Origin: a bacterium
GTDB taxonomy: Bacteria > Krumholzibacteriota > Krumholzibacteriia > LZORAL124-64-63
Length of the DNA stretch: 64,000 bases
Direction: 5' to 3'
NCBI GenBank assembly: GCA_031441465.1
Contig: JANOEP010000046.1
Location: forward strand, 32,001-96,000
Positions 1 to 9,293 of this stretch are shown here, in pieces. The position numbers and the translations under genes were made by a program. Positions within the stretch are counted from its first letter, which is position 1, and the number at the start of each line of letters is the position of its first letter. The notes below the pieces were generated by a model that saw only the letters and a list, made by a program, of their open reading frames with translations, had not been told where the DNA came from and did no database searches.

Positions 1-1020
1 CCACAGCGAGGCCGGGACGTAGGCGCGGCTGGCGGCGGAGCACTTCTGGCCCTGGTACTCGAAGGCGCCGCGCACCAGCGCGGTGACCAGCGCCACCGGG
101 TCGGCCGAGGCATGGGCGAAGACGAAGTCCTTGCCGCCGGTCTCCCCCACGATGCGCGGGTAGCAGGCGTACTTGCGGATGTTGGCGCCGATGGTCCCCC
201 ACATGTTCTGAAAGACCTCGGTGCTGCCGGTGAAGTGGACGCCGCCGAGGTCCGGGTGCTCGATGACCGGGTTGCCCACCTGGCCGCCGCTGCCGGGGAT
301 CAGGTTGATGACGCCGTCGGGCAGTCCCGCCTCGCGCAGGATCTCCATGATGTACCAGGCCGAGTAGACGGCGCTCGAAGCCGGCTTCCACAGCACCGTG
401 TTGCCCATCAGCGCCGGCGCCGTCGGCAGGTTGCCGGCGATGCTGGTGAAGTTGAACGGGGTCACGGCGAAAACGAAACCGTCCAGGGGCCGCTGCTCGA
501 GCATGTTCCACATGCCGGGTCCGGATTCGGGCTGCTCGCTCATGATGTCGTGGGCGAAGGCGGGGTTGAAGCGCCAGAAATCGATCAGCTCGCAGGCGGA
601 ATCGATCTCGGCCTGGTAGGCGGTCTTGCTCTGGCCGAGCATGGTCGCGGCGTTCAGGGTGCTGCGGCGGCGCCCGGCCAGCAGTTCGGCGGCCTTCAGG
701 AAGACCGCGGCGCGCGCCTCCCAGGACAGCGCGGCCCAGTCCTTCTTGGCCTTACGCGCCGCCGTGGCGGCGGCCTGAACGTGCTTCGCGCCCGCCTTGT
801 GGTAGACGCCCAGCAGGTGACGGTGGTCGTGGGGCATGCGGCACTCCGCGAGGTCGCCCGTGGCGACGTCCTTGCCGCCGATGACCAGCGGGATCTCGAT
901 GCGGGCGCCGGCCAGCTCCTTGAGCTTCGCCTTCAGCGCGGCCTTCTCGGGCGATCCGGGCAGGTAGCTCAGGATGGGTTCGTTCATCGGCAGCGGCGGG
1001 ATGGGCAGCATCTGGGACAT
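1..1020 (-). CDS. pruA: L-glutamate gamma-semialdehyde (P5C) dehydrogenase, 3' end outside window
   Basis: Not in ORF track; manual translation gives MSQMLPIPPLPMNEPILSYLPGSPEK, later YPRIVGETGGKDF and catalytic FEYQGQKCSAASR; GGAGG RBS before ATG at 1020. Confidence 0.9.
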   Translation of the reverse strand, partial: MSQMLPIPPLPMNEPILSYLPGSPEKAALKAKLKELAGARIEIPLVIGGKDVATGDLAECRMPHDHRHLLGVYHKAGAKHVQAAATAARKAKKDWAALSWEARAAVFLKAAELLAGRRRSTLNAATMLGQSKTAYQAEIDSACELIDFWRFNPAFAHDIMSEQPESGPGMWNMLEQRPLDGFVFAVTPFNFTSIAGNLPTAPALMGNTVLWKPASSAVYSAWYIMEILREAGLPDGVINLIPGSGGQVGNPVIEHPDLGGVHFTGSTEVFQNMWGTIGANIRKYACYPRIVGETGGKDFVFAHASADPVALVTALVRGAFEYQGQKCSAASRAYVPASLW

Positions 1021-1231
1021 GACGTTCCTCCGTGTCGTGCTGACGGATCGGGTCGCGGACGGACCGCGGCGCCTGGCGGTAAGCGCCTGCCAAACGATGG
1101 ACAACCGGCCCGCCGGCCGCAACCCCGGACTGTCGCCCGCCCGCATCCTGATCTCGCCAGCATCCCGCACTCGCCCTGCGCCGCCATCCCTGCTACATTG
1201 GTGGCCGCCTTCAACCTGTAGCGGGAGCGCC

Positions 1232-2251
1232 ATGCCGAACAAGAATCTCCTGAACGTCGAGAGCCACATCCTGGACATGCAGCGCCTGCACCCGAGCGCC
1301 AGCGGCGATTTCACCAGCCTGCTGGGGGACATCGCGTTTGCGGCCAAGGTCATCGCCCGCGAGGTGACCCGCGCCGGCCTGGTGGACATCCTGGGCAGCA
1401 CCGGCGCCAGCAACATCCAGGGCGAGACCGTCCAGAAACTGGACGACTACGCCAACGCCATCATGCTGAAGTTCGTGGGCCGCCGCGGCCAGGTCTGCCT
1501 GATGGCATCCGAGGAAATGCCTGACCCGGTCCGGATCGACTTCCGCGAGGGCAGCGGCAAGTACGTCGTGGTCTTCGACCCGCTCGACGGCAGCAGCAAC
1601 ATCGACGCAAACGTCTCGATCGGCACGATCTTCAGCATCTATCGCCGCCGCTCGCGCATCGCCGCGATCTGCGACGACGACCTGCTGCAGCCCGGACGCG
1701 AACTGGCGGCCGCCGGCTACGTGGTGTACGGATCGTCGACGATGTTCGTCCACACCACCGGCCACGGCGTCCACGGCTACACCCTGGACCCCGGGATCGG
1801 CGAGTTCCTGCTCAGCCACGAGAACATCAAGATCCCCTTCGCCGCGGGGATCTACTCGGTGAACGAGGGCAACGAACCGCTGTGGTCGCCCGCCGTGCGC
1901 GAAGTCGTGCGACAGCTGAAGTACGGCCGGCAGGAGAGCGGCGGCATGTCCGCGCGCTACATCGGCTCGCTCGTGGCCGACTTCCACCGCAACCTGCTCT
2001 ACGGCGGCGTCTTCCTCTACCCACCCACCGCCAAGGCCCCCCGGGGCAAGCTGCGCCTGCTCTACGAGGCGGCGCCGCTGGCCATGATCGCCGAAAACGC
2101 CGGCGGCTACGCGAGCGACGGCGCCGGGCCCATCCTCGACCTCGTGCCGCAGGGCGTACACCAGCGGACGCCCCTTTACCTGGGCAGCCGCGAGACCGTG
2201 CTGTGGATCGAAAAGATGCTGTCCGATCCGACGTTCGGCGCCGGCGGCTGA
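1232..2251 (+). CDS. fbp: class 1 fructose-1,6-bisphosphatase
   Basis: Motifs GETVQKLD, SEE, FDPLDGSSNID, ARYIGSLVADFHR, GKLRLLYE; start at MPNKNLL after GGGAG. Confidence 0.93.
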   Translation: MPNKNLLNVESHILDMQRLHPSASGDFTSLLGDIAFAAKVIAREVTRAGLVDILGSTGASNIQGETVQKLDDYANAIMLKFVGRRGQVCLMASEEMPDPVRIDFREGSGKYVVVFDPLDGSSNIDANVSIGTIFSIYRRRSRIAAICDDDLLQPGRELAAAGYVVYGSSTMFVHTTGHGVHGYTLDPGIGEFLLSHENIKIPFAAGIYSVNEGNEPLWSPAVREVVRQLKYGRQESGGMSARYIGSLVADFHRNLLYGGVFLYPPTAKAPRGKLRLLYEAAPLAMIAENAGGYASDGAGPILDLVPQGVHQRTPLYLGSRETVLWIEKMLSDPTFGAGG

Positions 2252-2273
2252 GGCGGGGAAGCGGGAAGTCCGA

Positions 2274-2594
2274 TCAGCGGTCCTTGGTCTGCAGCCCTTT
2301 GGTCTCGGTGACCAGCGCCAGGGCCATGGCCTTGCACCGCGGCCGGTGGACGGTGCCGGCGGGGATCAGCATGGCCTCCCCCTGCTTGACCGTGATCGTG
2401 GTGCGGTTCATCTCGATGTCGATCATGCCCTCGAGGATGTAGATGAATTCATCGGCCGAGTGGCTGTGGGCGATGTAGTCCCCGCTGTAGCGGACGATGA
2501 AGGCGTGGTAGGCGCCGTCCAGTTCCGCGACTTCCACGGGTCGGAACGGTTGGGCCAGATCGCGGGCGCGCTTCAGCACGGGAATCTTGGGCAC
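2274..2594 (-). CDS. small cupin domain protein
   Basis: HSHSADEFIYILEG and IPAGTVHRP cupin motifs; GTG start after AGGAAAGGAG. Confidence 0.8.
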   Translation of the reverse strand: MPKIPVLKRARDLAQPFRPVEVAELDGAYHAFIVRYSGDYIAHSHSADEFIYILEGMIDIEMNRTTITVKQGEAMLIPAGTVHRPRCKAMALALVTETKGLQTKDR

Positions 2595-2632
2595 GAGCGC
2601 TCCTTTCCTCGACTCATCGTTCGGGCGACACT

Positions 2633-3427
2633 CTACTCGGCCAACAGGGACTCCGCCAGAACCGCCGCCTCGGAGCCGGGGAACTCGGTTTGCAGGCGGC
2701 CGAGCAGGTCGCGCGCTTCGGCGTCCCGACCGAGCGCGTGGGCCGCGGCGACCGCCTTGTGCAACCCGTCGGGCCGGCGGTCGGAATCGGGGTACCGGTC
2801 CAGCAAGATCTGCAAGCGGTCCAGGGCGGCCTGGTGGTCGCCGTCGGCGGCGGCCATGGCGGCCAGCCAGTACTCGGCATCGTCGGCCTGCTCGCTGCGC
2901 GGGTAACGGTTCAGGAAGTCCTCGAAACCCTGACGGGCCGCGGCGAACTCGCCCCTGCTGCGGTCCGACATGGCCGCGTTGAACAGGGCCCGGCCTTCTT
3001 CCGGCAGCGCGCCGAGATCGGCGCCGCCCGGAGGCGCCGGCTTGAACTCGCCGAGCGTGGGGATGCCCAAGCGTGTGGTCAACAGGTCCACGCGGGCCGA
3101 CAGGTTGCGCATGTATTCCTGATTGTCCGTCTGCTGGCTCGCGGCCTGATCCAGACGGGCCAGGATCTGGGAGAGATGGGCCTGGAGACGCGCATCGGTC
3201 TCCAGGCCCGATCCCTGGCCGCTGCGCAGCATCGCCAGCAGGGCCGTGACGTCGCGCCGCAGCGCGGTCTGCTCGTCGGTCAGCCGCTGGATCTCGGCCG
3301 AGTTGCCGTCGACGGCCGTCTCGAGCGACTCGAACTGCGGGGCGCATCCTGCCGCCAGAGCAGCCAAGTGTGCCCCGGCCAACCAGACGGCGATCCCACC
3401 CGTGCGGCGCAGTCGCATGGCGGTCAC
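2633..3427 (-). CDS. cpoB: tol-pal system protein CpoB/YbgF
   Basis: Lipobox-like LAAGC, coiled coil, C-terminal TPRs (FLNRYPRSEQADDAEYWL); directly after pal. Confidence 0.85.
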   Translation of the reverse strand: MTAMRLRRTGGIAVWLAGAHLAALAAGCAPQFESLETAVDGNSAEIQRLTDEQTALRRDVTALLAMLRSGQGSGLETDARLQAHLSQILARLDQAASQQTDNQEYMRNLSARVDLLTTRLGIPTLGEFKPAPPGGADLGALPEEGRALFNAAMSDRSRGEFAAARQGFEDFLNRYPRSEQADDAEYWLAAMAAADGDHQAALDRLQILLDRYPDSDRRPDGLHKAVAAAHALGRDAEARDLLGRLQTEFPGSEAAVLAESLLAE

Positions 3428-3961
3428 CTACGGGCGCGCGAAGTGGGCGCGGCGGTTCTTGGACCAGGAGGCCTCGGTGCTGCCGGAGACGAAGGGACGC
3501 TCCTCGCCGTAGCTCGTCACGCGCAGCTGGCCGGCCTTCACGCCCAGGCTCGTCAGGTAGTTGCGCACGGCGTTCGCGCGCTTCTCGCCCAGGGCCAGGT
3601 TGTACTCGACCGTACCGCGTTCGTCGCAGTGGCCTTCGACGACGTACATGACGTCGCTGTGCTCCTTCATGATCTTCGCGTTCGCGGTCAGCGTGCTCAT
3701 GGTGGCGGCGCTGAGTGTGTACTCGTTGTAGGCGAAGTACACGTCCCCGATGCCGTATTCCTGCGGCGACATCGTCGCGTAGTTGGTGACGGCGGCGGGA
3801 GTCTCGGCGACCGGCGTCTCTTCGACGACCTCTTCGACGGGCGCCGGCGTGACGACCGTGGCGGTGTTGTCCACGACCGGAACGTTTTTCTTGCCGCCGC
3901 AACCGACGGTCACGAGCAGGGCGGCCAACAGCATGCCGATCAGCGCAAAGGTCCGCAACAT
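3428..3961 (-). CDS. pal: peptidoglycan-associated lipoprotein Pal
   Basis: Lipobox TVGC; EGHCDERGTVEYNLALGEKRA; SYGEERP; KNRRA. Confidence 0.95.
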   Translation of the reverse strand: MLRTFALIGMLLAALLVTVGCGGKKNVPVVDNTATVVTPAPVEEVVEETPVAETPAAVTNYATMSPQEYGIGDVYFAYNEYTLSAATMSTLTANAKIMKEHSDVMYVVEGHCDERGTVEYNLALGEKRANAVRNYLTSLGVKAGQLRVTSYGEERPFVSGSTEASWSKNRRAHFARP

Positions 3962-4018
3962 GGCTATCTGACTCCTTTTCTGAAGAAACTCAACCTGCCG
4001 GATTCCATATTCCGGCCC

Positions 4019-4047
4019 AACATAACACGAATTGTCATTGTGACCAA
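4019..4047 (-). promoter_or_regulatory. putative internal sigma70 promoter for pal
   Basis: TTGGTC-17 nt-TATGTT with extended TG, in an AT-rich patch at the tolB 3' end. Confidence 0.4.
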
Positions 4048-5309
4048 TCAGGAGTTGTATCGGGTTCCCCGCCCTTCGTCAACTGCCGGATCGATCCGTC
4101 CTCCACGTCCAGGACATAGAGCTTGAAGACCCCGGAACGGTCCGAGGCGAAGACCACGTGGCGGCCGTCCGGGGCCCAGCTGGGGTCCTCGCAGTTGCGC
4201 CACGACAGGTCGGTCAGCAAGCGGCGGTTCTCCCCACCCGCCTCGATGAGCATGAGTTGGGTGATGTCCTGCTCGCGGCAGGCGTAGACGATCCGGTCCC
4301 CGCGGGGCGACCAGTCGGCCGAGTCGTTGTACTTACCCTCGAAGGTCAGGCGCCGCCGTCCGGTGCCGTCGGCATCCATGATGTAGAGCTGGGGCGAGCC
4401 GGTCCGGTCGCTGGTGTACACGAGGTCGTGACCGCTCGGGGACCAACCCGGCGACACCTCGATGGACTCCGAAACGGTCAACCGCCGGATCACGCGACCG
4501 TCCAGCCCGAGCCGGTAGATGTCCGGCTGGCCGGCCTTCGACAGGGCCACCACCAGTTCCTGCCCTCCGGGGTGCCAGCACGGTCCCAGGTTCGAGCCGC
4601 TGGTCTCGCCGACCATGCGCACCGTCCCGGTCGCCGCCTCGAGCAGGTAGGTGCCCTGCTGGCCCTGCCGGAAGGACATGAACGCGATCTGCTTGTTGTC
4701 CGGGGACCAGGAGGGGAACAGGTTCAGGGTGCGGTTGGACGTCAGCCGCAGCAGGCCCTCGCCGTCGTAGTCGACGCACCAGATGTCCCGGCGATCCCCG
4801 CTGCCGCGCGCGAAGACGATGCGCGACAGGCTGATGCCCGGCAGGTCGGTCAGCATGAGAATGACCTGCTCCACGAAGTGGTGCGCCGTGGCCCGCAGCC
4901 GGTCGGGACCCGGCTGGTAACGCTTCGAGAGCAGCACCTGACTCCCGGGCTCCGACAGCAGCCGCAACGTGAGGGCCGGAGACGAGCCGCCGCCGGTCGG
5001 CAGGCCCGCCAGCACGCCGTCGATCCGATAGTGCCCCCGGGTCTTGCCGGTGACTTGGTCGCGCGTCAGCAGACTGAACAGCCCGCTGTGGTCCAGGTCC
5101 GCGCGCACGGCCGCCTCGACGGTGCCGGCCGCGACCTGGGCCTCGGCCCCGCCCGCCTGCACTTCCAGGGGCAGCACCAGGACATCGGCCAACTGGGAGG
5201 CCGTCCCCTCGGCGCGCATGATGTACTCGTCCTGAGCGACGGCAGGCGTCGCCGCCGCCAGGACCACGGCGATCGTCGCCGCCAGGTAACGCGTGAGGCT
5301 CAGGTGCAT
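4035..5309 (-). CDS. tolB: Tol-Pal beta-propeller protein TolB
   Basis: Signal peptide, ADLDHSGLF N-domain, repeated PSWSPD/PD40 motifs; alternative TTG start at 5315. Confidence 0.9.
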   Translation of the reverse strand: MHLSLTRYLAATIAVVLAAATPAVAQDEYIMRAEGTASQLADVLVLPLEVQAGGAEAQVAAGTVEAAVRADLDHSGLFSLLTRDQVTGKTRGHYRIDGVLAGLPTGGGSSPALTLRLLSEPGSQVLLSKRYQPGPDRLRATAHHFVEQVILMLTDLPGISLSRIVFARGSGDRRDIWCVDYDGEGLLRLTSNRTLNLFPSWSPDNKQIAFMSFRQGQQGTYLLEAATGTVRMVGETSGSNLGPCWHPGGQELVVALSKAGQPDIYRLGLDGRVIRRLTVSESIEVSPGWSPSGHDLVYTSDRTGSPQLYIMDADGTGRRRLTFEGKYNDSADWSPRGDRIVYACREQDITQLMLIEAGGENRRLLTDLSWRNCEDPSWAPDGRHVVFASDRSGVFKLYVLDVEDGSIRQLTKGGEPDTTPDWSQ

Positions 5310-5311
5310 GT

Positions 5312-6046
5312 TCAATTCTCCGCCGTCAGCGAGAAGATGTACGTGATGCCGAGGCCGCGGGCGGCCATGCCGGCGGGGATCGGCAGGAAGGTCCCGACCG
5401 ACTCCACGGCCCGCAGCGCTTCGCGGTCCATCAGGGGCACGCCCGAGGAGGCCGCCACCGTGGCGCGCGTGAGGCTGCCGTCCGGCTCCACCTGGAAGTG
5501 CACCGAGCAGACCACCGGGGCGCCGCTGCGGAAACCCAACCGCCGCGGCTGCCAGTTGCGGGCGATCCGCTGCTCGAGCAGGTCGAGGTAGTAGACGTAT
5601 TGCGGCGGGACGTTGATGTCCGTTCCGATCCGGGACGACGACCCGGCCAGCCCGGCGCGGGCCGCCCCGGCGGCGCCGGAGCCCGCCGCATCGCCCCCGG
5701 TCGTCGTGCTGCCTGTCGTCGTGCTGCCGGCGGCGGCGGTCCCGGCGGATTTGCGGTCGGCGGGGTCGGGCTTCGCCGACGTTTTCGCCGCGGGTTTCGC
5801 CGCCTGCTTCGGCACCGGCTTCTGCCCGGCCGCCTTCGGCAGGACCGCGGGTCGGGGCGGCTGCGTGGCTGCCGGCAGCGACTGCGCCCGCTGGCCCTGG
5901 GGACGCGAACCGGGCAGCTCGGCCAGGCGGACCGAGATGGCCCGCTGGCGGGGCAGCGGTTGCTGGGCGACGCGGGCGCCGAACAGCAGCAGCACCGTCA
6001 GGAACAGGGCGTGGACCAGGAGTGACGCCGGCAGCGCGCGGTTCAC
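5312..6046 (-). CDS. tolA: TolA/TonB family protein
   Basis: TM helix with SLLVH (SHLS-type) motif, Pro/Lys/Ala-rich linker, TonB-C-like domain (IARNW...SSGVPLMDREALRAV). Confidence 0.75.
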   Translation of the reverse strand: MNRALPASLLVHALFLTVLLLFGARVAQQPLPRQRAISVRLAELPGSRPQGQRAQSLPAATQPPRPAVLPKAAGQKPVPKQAAKPAAKTSAKPDPADRKSAGTAAAGSTTTGSTTTGGDAAGSGAAGAARAGLAGSSSRIGTDINVPPQYVYYLDLLEQRIARNWQPRRLGFRSGAPVVCSVHFQVEPDGSLTRATVAASSGVPLMDREALRAVESVGTFLPIPAGMAARGLGITYIFSLTAEN

Positions 6047-6459
6047 GGGCGCTCCCTCTCCCCGAGGTCCTGGTCCGCCACGAGGCTCAGGTTGGAGAAG
6101 CCTTCCTTTTCGATCGCGGCCATGACCTTCAGGACGAAACCGTAGGGCACGTCCTCGTCGGCGCGCAGGTAGACCGGCAGCGTCGCGCGGCGGTCTGCGA
6201 ACACGCTGAGGCGGGCGGCGAGATCGGACAGGACGATCTGGTCATCGTCGAAGTGGAGCGTGCGCTCGCGGGTCACGGTGACCACCGGACCCTCCTCGAC
6301 GACCACTTCACGCGTCTCGGCCTGCGGCAGGTTCACCTCGACGCCGCCCTGCATGAACGGCGCCGTGAGCATGAAGATGATCAGCAGGCACAGCACGACA
6401 TCCACCAGCGAGGTGATGTTGATCTCCGAAAAGCCGCGGTAGGCCGAGCGGCGTCTCAT
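6043..6459 (-). CDS. tolR: TolR/ExbD
   Basis: SEINITSLVDVVLCLLIIFMLTAP and LRADEDVPYGFV; ATGA overlap with tolQ stop. Confidence 0.88.
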   Translation of the reverse strand: MRRRSAYRGFSEINITSLVDVVLCLLIIFMLTAPFMQGGVEVNLPQAETREVVVEEGPVVTVTRERTLHFDDDQIVLSDLAARLSVFADRRATLPVYLRADEDVPYGFVLKVMAAIEKEGFSNLSLVADQDLGERERP

Positions 6460-7217
6460 AGGATCCGTTCCTTCTCGTGCATCTCGGGTCGTCGCGGCTG
6501 ACCGGCCCGCGCCTCCCCGGCCGACGGCGCCATGTCCTCCATGATGGAGCGCAGGCGCTCGAGTTCGTTGCCCACCAGGTCGATCTTGCGCACGAAGAGG
6601 TTGAAGGAGACCACGGCCGGGATGGCGGCCGCCAGACCCGCGGTGGTCGAGATCAGGGCCTCGGCGATGCCCGGCGCCACGACCGTGAGGTTGGCGCTGC
6701 GCAGCAGCGACATCTCCCAGAACGCCTGCATCAGACCCCAGACCGTGCCCAGCAGGCCCATGAAGGGCGCGACGGTGACGGTCGTCGAGAGGATGAGCAG
6801 GTAACGCTCCAGGTTCTCGGTCTCGGCGTAAGAGACGCGCTCGGCGGAACGGCGCACGGCCTGGCTCGTGGTCTGCGACGCCGTCTCGCGCCACAGGTTG
6901 GCCAGGGGCAGCTCGGGGTGGGCGCGGCACCAGGCTTCCATACCGTTGCGGCTCAGCCTCCCCTGCAGCCAGTCCTCGCACTGCACCCAGAATTCGCGGT
7001 GGCCGCGGCGCACGGCGGTGAGCAGGCGCCCGCGATCGAACATGACGGCCCAGCACAGGACCGACATCAGGACCAAGGCCACCACCACGAGGAGGCCCAG
7101 GAACGACAACTTGCGCAGGAGGTCGAGCATCTCGGCCGTCCCAAGGGACCCTAGGAAGAGGGACGCCGGGAAGAGGGACGCCAGGTTGAGGGACGCCTGG
7201 AAGGGGGCGATGGTCAT
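6456..7217 (-). CDS. tolQ: TolQ/ExbB (MotA family) proton channel
   Basis: APFMGLLGTVWG and VAPGIAEALISTTAGLAAAIPAV; start at 7217 (GAAGGAG RBS) or 7130. Confidence 0.88.
   Translation of the reverse strand: MTIAPFQASLNLASLFPASLFLGSLGTAEMLDLLRKLSFLGLLVVVALVLMSVLCWAVMFDRGRLLTAVRRGHREFWVQCEDWLQGRLSRNGMEAWCRAHPELPLANLWRETASQTTSQAVRRSAERVSYAETENLERYLLILSTTVTVAPFMGLLGTVWGLMQAFWEMSLLRSANLTVVAPGIAEALISTTAGLAAAIPAVVSFNLFVRKIDLVGNELERLRSIMEDMAPSAGEARAGQPRRPEMHEKERIL
7141..7210. repeat. imperfect 15-bp tandem repeat, about 4.5 copies, in the tolQ 5' region
   Basis: Units ccaagggaccctagg / aagagggacgccggg / aagagggacgccagg / ttgagggacgcctgg / aagggggcga. Confidence 0.75.
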
Positions 7218-7295
7218 GTCAGCTCCTTCTGCGGTGGGCCGGCGCCGCTCCGGACGCCGGGTGCCGGCCGGCGAAGGCGCCGGGCAGCCGCGCCC

Positions 7296-7323
7296 ATTGT
7301 ACTACCCCGGCGCGGGCGTTCAA
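7296..7323 (-). promoter_or_regulatory. putative sigma70 promoter of the tol-pal operon
   Basis: TTGAAC-16 nt-TACAAT. Confidence 0.55.
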
Positions 7324-7368
7324 GGCCGGAGTCTGGGGAAACCCCCCGGACCGGCCCGGGGTTCCGGG

Positions 7369-8496
7369 TCAGCCCAGTACCCGGTCGTAGAGGTCGACGT
7401 AGCGCTTCAGGATGCAGGGCGTGCCGAAGCGGGAGACGGCCTCGCGCAGGCCGTCGTCGCGGATCTGGCGGTGCAGCACCGGATCCTGCAGGAGGCGGAC
7501 GCCGGTGGCGGCCATGCCGGCGATGTCGTCGGGGTCGCAGAGGAAACCCGTCTGGCCGTGGTCGATGAACTCCGAGGTGCCGCCGCGGTCGGTGGCGATG
7601 ACCGGAGCCCCGCAGGCCATCGCCTCCAACGCGACCAGCCCGAAGGACTCGTGGCGCGAGGGCAGCAGGCAGAGATCGGACAGGGCCAGGATCTCTTCGA
7701 GGTTCTCGACCTGGCCGAGGCAGCGCACCCGGTCGGCCACGCCGAGCTGGGCGGCGAGTTGTTCGCACAGCGTGCGCTCGGGTCCCTCCCCCACCAGCAG
7801 CAGCTGCGCTGGTACACGGCTCGTGATCTCCGCGAACACCCGCACCACGTGGGAAGCGTTCTTCACGGGCCGGAAGTTCGAGGCGTGGACCACGATCTTC
7901 TCGTCCGGTGTCGCGAACAACGCGCGCGGGCCGTCGGCGCGCGGCCGGAAGCGCTGCGGGTCCACGAAATTGGGGATCACTTCGACTTCGCGTCGCGGAG
8001 CGAAAACGCGGAGCGTCTCGTCGCGCAGCCAACCGCTGACGGCGGTCACGGCGTCGCTCTCGTCGATCAGGAAGCGCGTCATCTCGAAGTAGGACGGTTC
8101 CTGGCCCACGAGCGTGATGTCGGTGCCGTGCAGGGTCGTGATCATCTTCAGGCGCTCCGGGCCGATCATGGCCCGGGCCAGGTAGGCGCTGGCCGCGTGC
8201 GGGATGGCGTAGTGGACGTGCAGCAGGTCGAGGCCGTGGCGTCGGGCGACCTCGCTCATCTTGGTGGCGAGCGCCAGGGTGTAGGGCGTGTGCTGGAAGA
8301 CGGGGTAGGTGACCGCCTCGACCGGGTGGAAGAAGATGTTGGCTTCGTAGCGGCGAAGGCGCAGCGGCATCTCGCTGGTGATGAAGTGCACCTCGTAGCC
8401 GCGGCGGGCCAGGTTTAGTCCCAGCTCGCTGGCCACCACCCCGCTGCCGCCCTGCGTGGGGTAGCACGTGATCCCGATGACCGGCAGGCGGCTCAC
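7369..8496 (-). CDS. bshA: N-acetyl-alpha-D-glucosaminyl L-malate synthase BshA (GT4)
   Basis: IGITCYPTQGGSGVVASELG, LHVHYAIPHA, TTLHGTDITLVG, HASNFRPVK, ESFGLVALEAM; GTGA overlap. Confidence 0.93.
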   Translation of the reverse strand: MSRLPVIGITCYPTQGGSGVVASELGLNLARRGYEVHFITSEMPLRLRRYEANIFFHPVEAVTYPVFQHTPYTLALATKMSEVARRHGLDLLHVHYAIPHAASAYLARAMIGPERLKMITTLHGTDITLVGQEPSYFEMTRFLIDESDAVTAVSGWLRDETLRVFAPRREVEVIPNFVDPQRFRPRADGPRALFATPDEKIVVHASNFRPVKNASHVVRVFAEITSRVPAQLLLVGEGPERTLCEQLAAQLGVADRVRCLGQVENLEEILALSDLCLLPSRHESFGLVALEAMACGAPVIATDRGGTSEFIDHGQTGFLCDPDDIAGMAATGVRLLQDPVLHRQIRDDGLREAVSRFGTPCILKRYVDLYDRVLG

Positions 8497-9284
8497 ACCC
8501 AGCGCTCCGTCGGCAGATCGACCAGCAACGGCGCCTGCTCGGTGGCGAAGGCTTCGGCCAGCGGGACGCCCGCCTGGAAGCCCCAGGCGCGGGACCAGCG
8601 TTCCACCTGGTCCAGGAAGGCCGGCTCGTTGATGACGGTCGGCCGCGCGCCCTCGGCCCGCTCCAGCTGGGTCGCGTAGCAGCGCAGGGCCGCCAGCTTG
8701 TCCGGCCAGCTCGCCGTCACGTCCACATAGAGGTTCGGACGGTCGCCCGGCGCGCAGACGGTCAGGACCGTCTCGCAGATCCACAGCGGTGCGGGCGGCG
8801 GCACGACGGCGGTCGCGGGCCAGGCACGCAGCTCGGGCAGCGCCGCCGGCCAGGCCGCCAGCCGGGCCATGAAAGCCGCCTTGCGCACCAGGGCGGGGAT
8901 CGCCTGATGGTCGGGATGGCGCCGCGGGACCGGCGCCGCCAGCAGCCAGCGGGGGCGCAGGCTGCGGATGACGGCCGCGACCGCGGCCACCTGTTCGGGT
9001 CGCTCGGCCGAGATGAAGCCGTCCGGCAACGCGGCCTGCAACCGGCCGGCGATGCCCAGCGCCGCCGACGCCCGGGCCGCCTCCACCCAGCGTTCGTCGG
9101 GAGTGCCGTTGGAACCGAGTTCGCCGCGCGTCAGGTCGAGCAGCCAGATGCTGCGGCCTCGGGCGGCGAGCCCGGCCAGCGTGCCGCCGCAGGCGATCTC
9201 CGCATCGTCGGTGTGCGGGCTGACGCAGAGCAGGTCGACTCCCGCGGTCGCCACGGCGTCCGCTGTGCGCATGTCGTCGGTCAT
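8493..9284 (-). CDS. bshB1: bacillithiol biosynthesis deacetylase BshB1 (PIG-L family)
   Basis: SPHTDDAEIACGGTL, DLTRGELGSNGT, RHPDH; lies between bshC and bshA. Confidence 0.88.
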   Translation of the reverse strand: MTDDMRTADAVATAGVDLLCVSPHTDDAEIACGGTLAGLAARGRSIWLLDLTRGELGSNGTPDERWVEAARASAALGIAGRLQAALPDGFISAERPEQVAAVAAVIRSLRPRWLLAAPVPRRHPDHQAIPALVRKAAFMARLAAWPAALPELRAWPATAVVPPPAPLWICETVLTVCAPGDRPNLYVDVTASWPDKLAALRCYATQLERAEGARPTVINEPAFLDQVERWSRAWGFQAGVPLAEAFATEQAPLLVDLPTERWV

Positions 9285-9293
9285 GTTCCCACC

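Noticed and set aside
5700..5730. 15-bp direct repeat in tolA (GSTTT x2); similar short repeats in nadD near 33741-33793
   Set aside because: Ordinary low-complexity coding repeats
5312..7217. TonB-ExbBD iron uptake system
   Set aside because: Context with tolB, pal and cpoB indicates TolQRA
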